Part shown: positions 18,586-29,277 of the stretch, piece after piece
How the letters are laid out: every line of letters starts with the position of its first letter
How positions within the stretch are numbered: the first letter of the stretch is position 1
Source of the DNA: a virus
Virus record (IMG/VR): IMGVR_UViG_3300032223_001832
Location: 8,419-72,418 of that record
DNA length: 64,000 bases
Strand: one strand, 5' to 3'
Made by a program: the position numbers and the translations under genes
The notes under the pieces: model-generated
The model's input: the letters and a program-made list of their open reading frames with translations, nothing else
Told to the model about the DNA's origin: nothing
Database searches by the model: none

Positions 18586-18995
18586 TGCAACAAGCAATAT
18601 CTTTGCCGTTTTCGTTTAACAGCTCTGGGTATTTGTCTACTACCTCAGACGAAAAAAAGATTTGGCAAGACCGAGTACTTCTTGCCGTGATGACCTCTAC
18701 CCTTGAACGCGTAATGCTCCCAAACTATGGAACTAAAATAAAAGAATTTAGCCTAGAAAATTTGAGCACAATTGCGTCTAGAATTGAAGAACAAGTTGGC
18801 ATTGCGTTCGGTACCTGGCTTAAGTCACTTACCTTAGAAAGTGTAAATAGCTTTTTAGATACAAACACAGGATATTTAGATGTAGAGATTAACTATAAGT
18901 TAGTTAGTTCCTCAAATACCGAAACAATGGTTGTAAAAACTGGTATCTTTAACCGTTCTGGAGACTTAATAGTGGAGGCAGCAAATGGCCAATAA
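18585..18995 (+). CDS. Baseplate wedge / sheath initiator (gp25-like)
   Basis: ISLPF...T...ERVMLPNYG; TAATG coupling. Confidence 0.85.
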   Translation: MQQAISLPFSFNSSGYLSTTSDEKKIWQDRVLLAVMTSTLERVMLPNYGTKIKEFSLENLSTIASRIEEQVGIAFGTWLKSLTLESVNSFLDTNTGYLDVEINYKLVSSSNTETMVVKTGIFNRSGDLIVEAANGQ

Positions 18996-20697
18996 TAACT
19001 ACATACCTTCTATTGACTATACCTCTAGAGACTATGCGTCAATTCGACAGGACCTAGTTAACCTCATTCCAACCTTTGTCCCTAACTGGACTACTAGAGA
19101 CCCATCAGACTTTGGTATTGCCATCCTAGAGATGTTTGCATATATGGGTGATGTTCTTAACTACTACATTGACCGTGCGGCCAATGAAGCTTTTATTACT
19201 ACAGCTAGTCAACGAGCAAACGTTCTTTCTTTGGCTACTCTTTTGGGGTACGCAGCGACTGACAGTACTGCGTCTACGGTAACAGTTAAGTTCACCAACA
19301 CTAATACCAGTACAGCTTCTGTAACCGTACCTGCTCTTACCCAGATTGCTACAACTAATATCTCAAATGGCGTAACCTCTCAAGTAATTTTTGAAACAGA
19401 CAAAGATGTTGTAGTCCCATCTAGCGGAACCAACTACGCGACAGTAACTGCTACCCAGGGTGTAACAGTGTCTAATGAACTTGTAGGTACATCCACAGGT
19501 GCCGCTGGACAGACATTTGTTCTTTCTCAGTTCCCCGTTATTAACGACAGCATGACCTTGACTGTCGGAGGAACTAACTATGAAAAAGTTGAATACCTTA
19601 TTGACTACAATGGCTATGACCCAGTGTTCGTAAGTACCACTAACGCTATCGGCCATACGTATATAGTGTTTGGTGACAACATCAGTGGTCGAATTCCACC
19701 AGCGTCTACACCTATCTACGTAACTTACCGTGTAGGTGGAGGAGTTATTGGAAACGTATCAGCGGGAACAATTAAATACATTACTAAATTCTCTACTGGT
19801 TCTATTCCAGCAGGCTTGACTGTTATTAATGATAGCGTTGCCGCTACTGGAGGGGCTGAAACAGAATCAACAGACTCTATCCGAGTAAACGCTCCACTAA
19901 GTATTAGAGCGCTTAATCGTGCTGTTTCGTTAGACGATTACGCATCTTTGGCTCTTCAAGTAAGTGGAATTGCAAAAGCTATTGCGGCTGGAACTACTTA
20001 CAATAATATTGTTTTGTACTTTGTACCGTATGGAGATAGCGGACTAGCAGTTGATGGGGTAACTCCGTCTACTATCTTTAACGCATACGTACAAGATTTA
20101 GCTTTGTTCTTTACGGGTAAAACTCCTGCAGGAACTACAATTACCTATCAGCCACCTGCGTATGCGACTGCAAACGCTATTGTAAACGTGACTGTTCTGC
20201 CAACATACCGACAGAGCATTGTTCAAACAGCGGTAACGGCTGCTTTACAAAGTTTGTTTTACATCGATAACGTGGCTTTCAACGACACTATAGCTGTGTC
20301 AGACGTGTACTCAACAGTAGCTTCGGTAGAAGGTGTTGCATCTTCGCAAATTCTTAAGTTAGTACGCTCAGATAAAGATTACACATATGTAATCACGAAC
20401 AAAGCTTCTACAGGAACAGTTGCAACCTTAACAACAAGCACCACTCACAAGTTGACTACAGGAATGACTGTTCAAGTAAGCGGAGTTGACGCCACCTACA
20501 ACGGAATCTATGTTGTAACCGCTGTAACCTCAAACACGTTCTCATACGCTTTAACTTCTGCCGTACAGTCAACAACTACAGCTACAGGTTCGGTTACGAA
20601 TCTTGTTGTTAACGACATTGTGTGCGGCACTTATGAAATCCCACGTCTTATTACAGGAAGCCTCACAGTTAACACTGTTGGCGGAATTGTAGGCTAA
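18985..20697 (+). CDS. Baseplate wedge protein (gpJ / T4 gp6-like)
   Basis: IDYTSRDY, DFGIAILE, FGD..GRIP, GGAETES, RAVSLDDY. Confidence 0.9.
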   Translation: MANNNYIPSIDYTSRDYASIRQDLVNLIPTFVPNWTTRDPSDFGIAILEMFAYMGDVLNYYIDRAANEAFITTASQRANVLSLATLLGYAATDSTASTVTVKFTNTNTSTASVTVPALTQIATTNISNGVTSQVIFETDKDVVVPSSGTNYATVTATQGVTVSNELVGTSTGAAGQTFVLSQFPVINDSMTLTVGGTNYEKVEYLIDYNGYDPVFVSTTNAIGHTYIVFGDNISGRIPPASTPIYVTYRVGGGVIGNVSAGTIKYITKFSTGSIPAGLTVINDSVAATGGAETESTDSIRVNAPLSIRALNRAVSLDDYASLALQVSGIAKAIAAGTTYNNIVLYFVPYGDSGLAVDGVTPSTIFNAYVQDLALFFTGKTPAGTTITYQPPAYATANAIVNVTVLPTYRQSIVQTAVTAALQSLFYIDNVAFNDTIAVSDVYSTVASVEGVASSQILKLVRSDKDYTYVITNKASTGTVATLTTSTTHKLTTGMTVQVSGVDATYNGIYVVTAVTSNTFSYALTSAVQSTTTATGSVTNLVVNDIVCGTYEIPRLITGSLTVNTVGGIVG

Positions 20698-20699
20698 CC

Positions 20700-23324
20700 A
20701 TGGCACGGTATGGAATTGATTACTACCTCGTATCGTATTACGGGTCTGACAACCCCGTTCACTACGACGCCTCTCCATTTACAGCAAAATCAAATGGGTA
20801 CGGTTCCATACAACTAAACTGGGTTAACCCGACAGGACAATGGGCAAAGCTTAAGATTGTTAGAAACAGCTACGGATTTCCAGTAGATGCTTTTGATGGT
20901 ATTGAAATTATCACTACTTATAACGGCAACAGCCCAGCAGTTAGCGTTGTTGACAACTTTAACTTAGTTCCTGGAGCTTTTTATTACTATTCAATATTTA
21001 TCTTTAGCACAGTGCAGTACCGTTGGCTAAAAGCAGGAACTGCTACAGGATTATCTGTTAAGAACTTTGGCAATAGCGATAAGATGTATAACTACTTACC
21101 GTCTACTTATAAAATCTCTGACACGTTTGACGCTACCGACTCCGCGGACAACCAAGACCTTTACAACTTCTTGAGCTTATTTGGGTTTGAGCTAGATTAC
21201 GAACAATCTCTTACAGAGCTTTTAATTAACCGTTATAACGTTGAAATAGTAAACGGAAATCTAATCCCTTTGATGTTAAATCAGTTTGGTCTTAAGTTTG
21301 AGCCTGAACTTGGATACCAGCAATCACGCGTTCTTTTGCGCAACGGAATTAAATTCCTTCAAAAAAAAGGAACAGCTGAAGGTTTAAGAGAATACATTAA
21401 AGCGTTTAGTAGCTACGCCGTTCCAAACCCTGTGTCTCCCCCAGTACTAACCCAAATTTCTACAGGAGAATACGCCGTAAGCCCTAGTACTGTATCAACA
21501 GCTCCAAACCCAAGTCTTGACGGTTTAACCGTAGGCCACAACATAATGTTGGACTACAACGATTCTTCTTTTGAAGAGGGAATGGGAAACTGGATTTACG
21601 ACCCTGCAGGTTCCCCAGCGACTCTTTCTGCACTATTAGTAGACACCGCAACTACTATGTCTATTACATCTAATGTGGCAACTTTAGATATTGGAACGCA
21701 CAACTACCAAGTAGGTACTGCCGTTTACGTATCTAATGCGCCTATGGCTATATTTAATACTCCATTAGCTCCTGTAACTATTACAGCCGTCACCGCTACC
21801 ACGATTAGCTACGCGTTGACTGCTGCAGATACCCCAACAACTTCAGCTCTAAACTTAACTAACCTTCCACCAACCTATACCATTGTTACTCCCTCTCCAG
21901 TACCTTGGGCGGAGTCCACTGCGCCAATTTCATTCCCTAATAAGCAAAAGGGAATTTTTGCTGTAAAGAACTCTGGAAGCTCTAGCCAGACACTTACAGT
22001 GCTTTGCGGAACGCCAACATCTGTTTACAAGAGTATCCCTGTAACAGCTAGCTCTTGGTACACATTTAGTTCTTACACTGCTAAAGGAACTACTGCTAGA
22101 ACAGTAACTCCAATTATCAAATGGTACGACCGTTTTGGCACATTTTTGTCTACCTCTACGGGAACTGGGGTATCAAACAACACAACTGTTTTTTCAAGTT
22201 CTTATCGTCCATACGTAAGCGCTCAAGCACCTTCTACAGCGTACTTTGCAATTCCTGGTTTCACTATCGCTTCGGTAGGTGCAGCGTCTACAAATGAGTA
22301 CCATTACTTTGATTGTGCTCAATTTGAGTTATCTGTGTCAAACGCTAGCACTAGCGCACCTTCAAGTTTTGACGAAGCCCGCCAAATCCATATTACCCTT
22401 AAAGCAACACGTATTAACGAGCTTTTAAATCCTGACATGGTTTACAGTGGAACTTCGTTTACTCCTTGGTCATACACAGGAGCTACAGCAGCACAGGACA
22501 TCTCTAACCCAGAACCTGGAATTCACATTTATAACATTACAGCTTCATCTATATCTTCTAGCGTAGCTACCATAACTGTAGACAGCTACCATGATATTAA
22601 TATAAGCGACAAAATTTATATCCCATCCGTATCTGGAACAGGGGTAACTGCCGCTAATTACACTGGAGAACGCACTGTTACAGCGGTAGGAAATAACACA
22701 ATTTCTTTTGCTACCTCTGGAAGCACTCAGGCATCATTAGCAACAACAGGAACTGCTTACTCAGAAGGCCACGCAATGAAGCTAACTGCTACAGCAACTT
22801 CTGTTGTTCTTAAGTCGTACACAACCAACGACCAAATGTGTGGAATTTTTTACCCTAATACTTCATACACATTCAGCATTTATGGAATTGTTGGCTCTGG
22901 CACAGAACAAGTAACTCCTAAAATTATTTGGCTTAACACAAGCCGTTCAGTTATCAGCACCAGCACAGGAACACCCACAACAATTAAAACTTCATGGACT
23001 AGAACCTCAGTAACCGCAACAGCCCCAACAAATGCGGCGTACGCTTATGTAGAACTAGACTGGACTACCACTGTAGGTAAAACCCTTACTGTAGACCGAG
23101 CATTGTTTGAGAATAGCGCGTTTGCTCTAGACTACTTTAGCGGAAGCACAGGACCTGCAGAAGTTGGTTCTTTGTTCTGGGAAGCTAGCAATACTAACTA
23201 TGGCCGAAGCCACCTTTACCGTAACCGAGTAGCAACTCAAAACCGTTTGGTAAACGGAGGACTTCGAGATTTTGTACCTCTAGGTTCAACCTTTGCGTTG
23301 TACTTAGCCCAACCACAAACGTAG
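20700..23324 (+). CDS. Baseplate wedge / tail protein I-like with carbohydrate-binding-like inserts
   Basis: YLPxxY..L..FL..FGFExD and KKGTxxGL motifs; Thr/Ser-rich CBM-like repeats (APSTAYFA, APTNAAYA). Confidence 0.7.
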   Translation: MARYGIDYYLVSYYGSDNPVHYDASPFTAKSNGYGSIQLNWVNPTGQWAKLKIVRNSYGFPVDAFDGIEIITTYNGNSPAVSVVDNFNLVPGAFYYYSIFIFSTVQYRWLKAGTATGLSVKNFGNSDKMYNYLPSTYKISDTFDATDSADNQDLYNFLSLFGFELDYEQSLTELLINRYNVEIVNGNLIPLMLNQFGLKFEPELGYQQSRVLLRNGIKFLQKKGTAEGLREYIKAFSSYAVPNPVSPPVLTQISTGEYAVSPSTVSTAPNPSLDGLTVGHNIMLDYNDSSFEEGMGNWIYDPAGSPATLSALLVDTATTMSITSNVATLDIGTHNYQVGTAVYVSNAPMAIFNTPLAPVTITAVTATTISYALTAADTPTTSALNLTNLPPTYTIVTPSPVPWAESTAPISFPNKQKGIFAVKNSGSSSQTLTVLCGTPTSVYKSIPVTASSWYTFSSYTAKGTTARTVTPIIKWYDRFGTFLSTSTGTGVSNNTTVFSSSYRPYVSAQAPSTAYFAIPGFTIASVGAASTNEYHYFDCAQFELSVSNASTSAPSSFDEARQIHITLKATRINELLNPDMVYSGTSFTPWSYTGATAAQDISNPEPGIHIYNITASSISSSVATITVDSYHDINISDKIYIPSVSGTGVTAANYTGERTVTAVGNNTISFATSGSTQASLATTGTAYSEGHAMKLTATATSVVLKSYTTNDQMCGIFYPNTSYTFSIYGIVGSGTEQVTPKIIWLNTSRSVISTSTGTPTTIKTSWTRTSVTATAPTNAAYAYVELDWTTTVGKTLTVDRALFENSAFALDYFSGSTGPAEVGSLFWEASNTNYGRSHLYRNRVATQNRLVNGGLRDFVPLGSTFALYLAQPQT

Positions 23325-23336
23325 TACTATTAGCAC

Positions 23337-23612
23337 ATGTTTCATATTGCTCTCGTAGGTATGTTTGTTGCATTCTTTATTGCAATCTTTACCCCTGCTC
23401 TTGAAATTGCTGCTGTGTTTGTAGGGCCAATAGCTGCAAACTCTGTGTTCGCTCTCCTTGTCTCTTTTGGAGCCAATTACCTTACCGATACACACGGTGT
23501 CAAGTCTTACGTGGTTTACACGGTTGCTGGGGCGTTTCTTGGTGGAGTTTTTGCCGTAGGCGCTGAAAGACTCGCTAATTCTCGAGCAAACGTTTACTCA
23601 GCTAGACAGTAA
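23337..23612 (+). CDS. Small membrane protein (possible holin)
   Basis: About 3 hydrophobic segments; TACTAT-N6-ATG leaderless context. Confidence 0.55.
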   Translation: MFHIALVGMFVAFFIAIFTPALEIAAVFVGPIAANSVFALLVSFGANYLTDTHGVKSYVVYTVAGAFLGGVFAVGAERLANSRANVYSARQ

Positions 23613-23621
23613 ATAATCCTG

Positions 23622-23630
23622 TGCTAGATT
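23622..23630 (+). promoter_or_regulatory. Extended -10 promoter (TGcTAGATT) for the replication operon
   Basis: TGnTAnnnT upstream of the AGGAGG RBS. Confidence 0.45.
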
Positions 23631-23655
23631 AAGGGCCCCCTACAAGGAGGTCCTA

Positions 23656-24303
23656 ATGGACAGATATTATGTGTTAGTAACAGGTAACGGAGTTACCACC
23701 CGCGCTAATTTAGAAGCGCTTATGGAAGACCATTATTACGCTAATGGCCCTAAGGGTATTTTAGTTTTAGCGTTTAATGGCAAACCAAGTCAAGGTCAAG
23801 TATTTGCAGCCCAGATGGCTAAAGACAAAGGCCTTGAAATTTTAGTATGGAATACCAAAGAAGATGCCGAGGGGCTACCCCCTTGTACCGTCGTTCAATC
23901 TGACAACCCATTAATGTCTGCAGTTGCATACATTGAAGACGACAAAGCAATCGCTTTTGTTTTGTGGTCAGACGAAGACCAAATTTCCCACGACACTTTA
24001 GCCATCTGCAAAGAGGTTGGCGTTAAGTGCTTTGACTTAACAGACGGACTAAACCCTTTGATACCGTCCGATGAGATTAAGTACGAGAAACCCGTACCTG
24101 TCCCTAAGCCTGAAGTCGAGGTTGAAGAAGAGGACGAGAACCCCGAAGACGACCTAGACGAGGACGACGAGGATATGGACGAAGAGGACGAAGTCTTTGA
24201 AGCGGTCTTCTTTGGCCTTGAGGCCTTAGCCAAGATGATAGCCAAGGCCGTGGTGGCCGAGCTGGATGCCTCTAAAAAGCCTCAGAAGGGCTCTAAGGCG
24301 TGA
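23656..24303 (+). CDS. Hypothetical protein with long acidic tract
   Basis: AGGAGG RBS; Rossmann-like N-terminus; D/E run near the C-terminus. Confidence 0.75.
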   Translation: MDRYYVLVTGNGVTTRANLEALMEDHYYANGPKGILVLAFNGKPSQGQVFAAQMAKDKGLEILVWNTKEDAEGLPPCTVVQSDNPLMSAVAYIEDDKAIAFVLWSDEDQISHDTLAICKEVGVKCFDLTDGLNPLIPSDEIKYEKPVPVPKPEVEVEEEDENPEDDLDEDDEDMDEEDEVFEAVFFGLEALAKMIAKAVVAELDASKKPQKGSKA

Positions 24304-25112
24304 TTACAGCCAGGGCGCTAGGTGTCTACGTGTACTTGAAGGCTACAAGCGCCCTAATAAGCGCTGAAAGCCTTTCTGCCATCTTTCCTGAGGGACGGGA
24401 TGCCTTAAGAACCTCACTCAGAGAGCTCAGAGAAGCTGGGCTTATTAAAACGACCAAAGTCAATATTAACGGTCGTATTATGACTGTCAGCCAACTTGTG
24501 GAGACGGATTACTGGGCCCTAGAAAGCCGCCTTCTACCACTACAGACACAGCTGAATAGCTCATATATACATATAGATAATTCTATAAATAGTAAACCGA
24601 ATAGCGAAACAAGTTCGCGGGAGGCTCAAATGGAATATTATGAAACGGAAGAGGAACGCCTCGAGGCTAAGCAAAAGCATGATGAGCGCAAGCATCGGGA
24701 AAAGATGGAGCAGCACGAGTCACGCCGCCAAGAGCGGATGTTAAAGCGTGACCCAGCGAATGCTGCTGGTTGGTCTTCTACAGATTCCGCTTTTGAGTTT
24801 GCCGAGCAGATGCACAGCATTTGGCACATTCAACCTTGGCAGGTTACTCGTAGTCGTTTTCGTTTTGCTCTTGACGGTAAGCGCAAAGAGTACAACACCG
24901 ACGGGGCTATTGAACTTGAGATGATGCAGTTGTACTTTGGGACTATCAAGCATGATACGAAGTTAACTGACCCAGAAATTATTTGGAAGCGGTTTATTGT
25001 TCAATTCCACAACTTGCTTATCGAGGCAAAGCGTCTTACGGTTACCTCGGAACAGATTGAGGAAATCAAGGCAGAGGCTGAGAAGTCTCAGGAATGGTTG
25101 GATAATGTTTAA
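24300..25112 (+). CDS. Replication initiator-like winged-HTH protein
   Basis: ARALGVY.YL...EGRDA...LRELREAGLI motif; directly upstream of the DnaC-like ATPase. Confidence 0.65.
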   Translation: MITARALGVYVYLKATSALISAESLSAIFPEGRDALRTSLRELREAGLIKTTKVNINGRIMTVSQLVETDYWALESRLLPLQTQLNSSYIHIDNSINSKPNSETSSREAQMEYYETEEERLEAKQKHDERKHREKMEQHESRRQERMLKRDPANAAGWSSTDSAFEFAEQMHSIWHIQPWQVTRSRFRFALDGKRKEYNTDGAIELEMMQLYFGTIKHDTKLTDPEIIWKRFIVQFHNLLIEAKRLTVTSEQIEEIKAEAEKSQEWLDNV

Positions 25113-25797
25113 TCTAAACGAGGTTAAAGTACGACGCCGTGCTTGGATTAAAGCCGCACGCATTCCTGAAGCACGTGTTGGTTGGGAGATGGCTGACTGT
25201 AAAGATATTTCTCCAACAGACATTGCCAAAATTGAAAAGTGGGTTGCCGCAGTTCGCAAAGGCGTAGTTATCCGAGCAACTGGTCAAATGACTTGTGGCA
25301 AAGGAATTATGTTTTGGGGAACCCCAGGACAAGGAAAAACAACTTTGTCTCTTGCCCTTATTCAAGAGCTTATGCGCACCCTTTCATTAGAAGAGTTTGA
25401 CGTTAAAGAAAGCAACGTGCTTATCCGTCCCTGCTACTTTTCTACGTTTAACGACATCCTTGAGCTAAAGAGTTTGCTTATGGATAAGCTTGCAAATGAT
25501 GACCAAGAGGTTATCTACGAAGGTATCTTGGGCCAATGCCCTAATGATGCTTTTAACATCAGAGTTCTTATTATCGATGACATCGGTAAGGAGCATGCAG
25601 GTCTCACAGGTTGGCAGAAGAACCAACTTCACCATATCCTGCGCACTAGATTTAACAACGGTCTACCGACTATTGTTACTACCAACGTAGAACGAAAGGA
25701 TTGGGCTGGTCTTTATGGCGACGCTACAGAAAGTTTTGCTAATGAGGCTTTTACCTACATCCCAATTACATCAGTTAAGGGCGACCTTAGAAAATGA
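25105..25797 (+). CDS. DnaC/IstB-like helicase loader ATPase
   Basis: Walker A GTPGQGKT; LIIDDIGKE; R.R....PTIVTTN. Confidence 0.85.
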   Translation: MFNLNEVKVRRRAWIKAARIPEARVGWEMADCKDISPTDIAKIEKWVAAVRKGVVIRATGQMTCGKGIMFWGTPGQGKTTLSLALIQELMRTLSLEEFDVKESNVLIRPCYFSTFNDILELKSLLMDKLANDDQEVIYEGILGQCPNDAFNIRVLIIDDIGKEHAGLTGWQKNQLHHILRTRFNNGLPTIVTTNVERKDWAGLYGDATESFANEAFTYIPITSVKGDLRK

Positions 25798-26108
25798 AAG
25801 GATTCCAAGTGAGTGACGACGCTCGTCTTATACAAGTATTTTTGAGCCAAGCACAGACTCCTGGGCCTGGCATTTATGAAGTGTCTTCCACAGACAGTGG
25901 TAAGTTTATTTGCACTTGTCCTGGGTATAGAGGCCGCTCTACATGTAAGCATATTAAGTTTGTAAAAGAACGTTTAGAGGACAACGACGGAACTTATCCT
26001 CTTGAAATTTCCACCAAAGCTTCTGAAGAAGAAGCCAAGAAAGCTCAAAGGTCTAATGAAGACTTTAGAGAGTTTATTATCAAGTACGGGAAAATTGAGG
26101 TTTTCTAA
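25794..26108 (+). CDS. SWIM zinc-finger protein
   Basis: YEV...CTCP...CKH. Confidence 0.75.
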   Translation: MKGFQVSDDARLIQVFLSQAQTPGPGIYEVSSTDSGKFICTCPGYRGRSTCKHIKFVKERLEDNDGTYPLEISTKASEEEAKKAQRSNEDFREFIIKYGKIEVF

Positions 26109-26516
26109 ATGCGTAAGGGAGATATCAGCAATGAGCTCCCCCAAAGAATATTAGTTACAACAGACGTATTCTTAAATGTAGAGCTCACTGTTAAAAAGAA
26201 GTTCAAAGTAATACCAATAGTAAAAGTAGATAAACACATCAATCGTGCTCCTCTTAGTTTTCTTTACTTGTTTACTATGAAAAAGGGTGTAACCCTTGAA
26301 TTAGTTTCTTTTGATTTGGATGAGGAACAGCTCAACCAGATTATGGAAATGCTTGACGGAATGGGTACTAATCCGTTTAGATACTTCACGGCGTACGGTT
26401 CTCTCAGCCAACTGGTTGACGAGTTGCCTTATCGACCAGAGGTAGTTGGCGTTTTAGACAAACCTGATAGATTGCTACGATACGGACACTGGGGATTGGA
26501 TTTCAATAGCTTATGA
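26109..26516 (+). CDS. Hypothetical protein (possibly degenerate HAD-like fold)
   Basis: Tightly packed in the operon; alpha/beta pattern. Confidence 0.65.
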   Translation: MRKGDISNELPQRILVTTDVFLNVELTVKKKFKVIPIVKVDKHINRAPLSFLYLFTMKKGVTLELVSFDLDEEQLNQIMEMLDGMGTNPFRYFTAYGSLSQLVDELPYRPEVVGVLDKPDRLLRYGHWGLDFNSL

Positions 26517-27739
26517 ATAACGAAGCACGTTTACTTAGCAAGATTATTGAAACACGCAATCTTGGTTTAGCTCTTGAGCGCAGTGTTAATGACACTTGGT
26601 TTGCAGACTCCTCGGATAAGAATTTATTTAAGTTCATGCACTCGCACTATGCCGAGTACCAAGAATGTCCTAGTCTTGATGTAATTAGAGAAAATTTCCC
26701 TACCTATTCTGTTTTGCAGGTAGATGACAGCATTGACTATCTTCTTGACAAGATGGTTGAGAGCCGCCGTAAAGTGGCTATCGTCAATACGATTGGTAAC
26801 GCATTAGACGAGATTGAAAAGAAGAAAGACCACGAAGCCGCTCTTGTACAGATTGAGCGCGGTCTTATTCGTCTTGAGGAAGAAGGGCTTAATCGCTCTA
26901 ACGACCTTGAAATTACAGCAGCAGCTAAACGCGCCAAGAAAGACTATGAGTTTAGAAAAAATAACCCAGGGTTGCTTGGATTACCCACAGGCTTTAGAAC
27001 TATGGACGAAGCGACTTCTGGCCTACAGCCAGGGCAGTTGATTGTTATTGTGGCTCCGCCTAAAACGGGTAAATCAACTCTTGCTTTGCAGATTGCTATT
27101 AACTGTCATCTTGCAGGCAAAGTTCCTATGTTCATGTCTTTTGAGATGAGCAACGCTGAACAGGTAAGCCGTTACTTTGCTATGCGTGCCCGTATCAGCC
27201 ATCGCCGTTTAATGACAGGTACTTTGAACCCTGATGAAGAGGCTCGTTACTACACCAAGGCAGAGAACACAGAGCTTATGGAAGATAAATTCTGGTTCGT
27301 TGACTCAGCCAACGGTCAGACAGTAAGCGCTGTAGCCAGCAAGATTCAAAGTAAAAACCCTGACATCATTTTTATTGACGGTACTTACCTTATGATTGAC
27401 GAGCTTGGGGCTGATGCTGGAACACCGCAAGCAATTACTAACATCACTCGTTCTTTAAAGCGTCTTGCACAGAAAGTTAACAAACCAATTGTTATCTCTA
27501 CTCAGGCTTTAACGTGGAAGATGAAGAAAGGCCAAGTAAGCGCAGATTCTATTGGTTACTCTTCTTCTTTCCACCAAGACGCAGACGTTATCTTTGGCTT
27601 ACAGCGCGAAGACGAGAACGTAGACGACACTCGTTTGCTTCGTGTTATTGCCAGCCGTAATGGTGGCCTCAGTGAAGTCTCATTACTATGGGATTGGGAT
27701 ACAGGACAGTTCCGCGAGGTTACAAACGATGACCTTTGA
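26513..27739 (+). CDS. dnaB: Replicative DNA helicase, DnaB family
   Basis: GLPTGF..D..TSGLQPGQLI, APPKTGKS, SFEMS, FIDG.YL, SLKRLA, QDADVI. Confidence 0.92.
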   Translation: MNNEARLLSKIIETRNLGLALERSVNDTWFADSSDKNLFKFMHSHYAEYQECPSLDVIRENFPTYSVLQVDDSIDYLLDKMVESRRKVAIVNTIGNALDEIEKKKDHEAALVQIERGLIRLEEEGLNRSNDLEITAAAKRAKKDYEFRKNNPGLLGLPTGFRTMDEATSGLQPGQLIVIVAPPKTGKSTLALQIAINCHLAGKVPMFMSFEMSNAEQVSRYFAMRARISHRRLMTGTLNPDEEARYYTKAENTELMEDKFWFVDSANGQTVSAVASKIQSKNPDIIFIDGTYLMIDELGADAGTPQAITNITRSLKRLAQKVNKPIVISTQALTWKMKKGQVSADSIGYSSSFHQDADVIFGLQREDENVDDTRLLRVIASRNGGLSEVSLLWDWDTGQFREVTNDDL

Positions 27740-28658
27740 TGAAATGACTGAAACGCTATCCCGACTTGGGGTAGAGGTTTTAGACAGCCGTGGAGACGAG
27801 ATTAACGGCTATTGTGCAGCACATGAAGAGCGCACTGGTCACATTGACCATAACCCTTCATGGTGGATAAACGCAGACTCAGGTGCATTCATTTGTTTTT
27901 CTTGTGGTTGGAAGGGGAATGTTTACACCCTTATTCAATACATTGAAAAGGTTGAGTACGCAGATGTAAAAGATTGGCTTGGGTCTACCGCCAGTTTAAC
28001 TGCGCGGTTTAATAACTTAAACAAAGTTAAACGCCAACCTATTGAAGAGCCAGTCAAGGTAGAGGAAGCAATGCTGGGGGCTTACACACAGGTTCCAGTA
28101 TTAGCGGCTCAAGACCGAGGTCTTTCTCTGGTGCAGTGTGACGCTTATGGGCTTAAATGGAATGCTTACTACGGACGTTGGATTATCCCTATTCGTGACC
28201 CATTTACTAATAAATTATTAGGATGGCAGGAGAAGGGTCACACAGAACGGTTCTTTAAGAACGTTCCTCCAGGCATGAAAAAAAGCACGGCTCTGTTTGG
28301 TTATGAGAACTACAAAGGCGGTGACATGATTGTAGTTGAATCGCCTTTAGACGTGGTAAGACTAGCTTCTATTGGGATTACAGGCGGTGTTGCTACATTT
28401 GGCGCCATGGTTTCTAAAGAACAGCTAAACCTCATTAGAGGCGCAGACCGCATCATATTTGCTATGGACAACGACGAAGCTGGTAGAGTGTCCTCACAAG
28501 AACTTCTAAAGCTTTGCAATGAGCTAATGACTGAATGTTGGTTTTTCCATTATGGGGACATTGACGTTAAGGATATTGGAGGCATGAGCAAAGACGAAGT
28601 ACTAAACGGTTTAGCAAATGCTCGACATTCTGCTAGAGGGGAGAAAGCAATATCATGA
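27729..28658 (+). CDS. DNA primase (zinc-binding + TOPRIM)
   Basis: C..H...CFSCG; VVESPLD; DNDEAG; KDIG. Confidence 0.88.
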   Translation: MTFDEMTETLSRLGVEVLDSRGDEINGYCAAHEERTGHIDHNPSWWINADSGAFICFSCGWKGNVYTLIQYIEKVEYADVKDWLGSTASLTARFNNLNKVKRQPIEEPVKVEEAMLGAYTQVPVLAAQDRGLSLVQCDAYGLKWNAYYGRWIIPIRDPFTNKLLGWQEKGHTERFFKNVPPGMKKSTALFGYENYKGGDMIVVESPLDVVRLASIGITGGVATFGAMVSKEQLNLIRGADRIIFAMDNDEAGRVSSQELLKLCNELMTECWFFHYGDIDVKDIGGMSKDEVLNGLANARHSARGEKAIS

Positions 28659-28729
28659 AAGAGATTCTTGGTTATTTAATGGTTATTGTTGGCACTTGGA
28701 CCGCTATTAACTTGTTGAGGAAGTTTTAA
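28655..28729 (+). CDS. 24-aa single-TM peptide (not in ORF track)
   Basis: MKEILGYLMVIVGTWTAINLLRKF*; ATGA overlap upstream and TAATG overlap downstream fill the gap exactly. Confidence 0.55.
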   Translation: MKEILGYLMVIVGTWTAINLLRKF

Positions 28730-29277
28730 TGATTATTGGTTTAACTGGGTATGCTCAGTCTGGCAAAGACACAGTAGCGAACATTCTTGTTGAAAACTAC
28801 GGTTTTACGCGTGTGGCTTTTGCTGACAAGATTCGTGAACTTCTGTACGAAATGAACCCCAAGATAATTGTCGGATACGATAACCACACTACAGTCCAAC
28901 TTATGGTTGACCATGATGGCTGGGATGTTGCTAAGCAGAACCCCGATGTTAGGGCCATGCTTCAAAATATTGGCGTAGGCGCTCGCAAAGTGTTTGGAGA
29001 AGAGTTTTGGATTGCCAAGGCTTTACAAGGCCGTGATTGGTCTATCCCTACCGTGATTACCGATGTTCGGTTTGAAAACGAAGCTCGTTTACTAAAGAAG
29101 TGGAGCCCTGAAGATACCCAACTATGGCGTATTAAACGTTTGGGCATAGGGGCGGTTAATTCTCACGTATCTGAAAAAGAGATGGACGGCTACCCTGTTG
29201 ACCAAATCTTTGTTAACAACGGAACTATTGCTGACCTAGAGGTTTTAATTAAAATAAGGATGAATGGCTTAAAGTGA
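28729..29277 (+). CDS. Deoxynucleoside monophosphate kinase
   Basis: IIGLTGYAQSGKDT, FADKIR, ITDVRFENE, HVSE. Confidence 0.88.
   Translation: MIIGLTGYAQSGKDTVANILVENYGFTRVAFADKIRELLYEMNPKIIVGYDNHTTVQLMVDHDGWDVAKQNPDVRAMLQNIGVGARKVFGEEFWIAKALQGRDWSIPTVITDVRFENEARLLKKWSPEDTQLWRIKRLGIGAVNSHVSEKEMDGYPVDQIFVNNGTIADLEVLIKIRMNGLK

Noticed and set aside
9936-23324. Bacterial extracellular contractile injection system (eCIS) rather than a phage
   Set aside because: The tail genes are eCIS-like but are contiguous with a full phage replisome, an RNR and an early-gene region.
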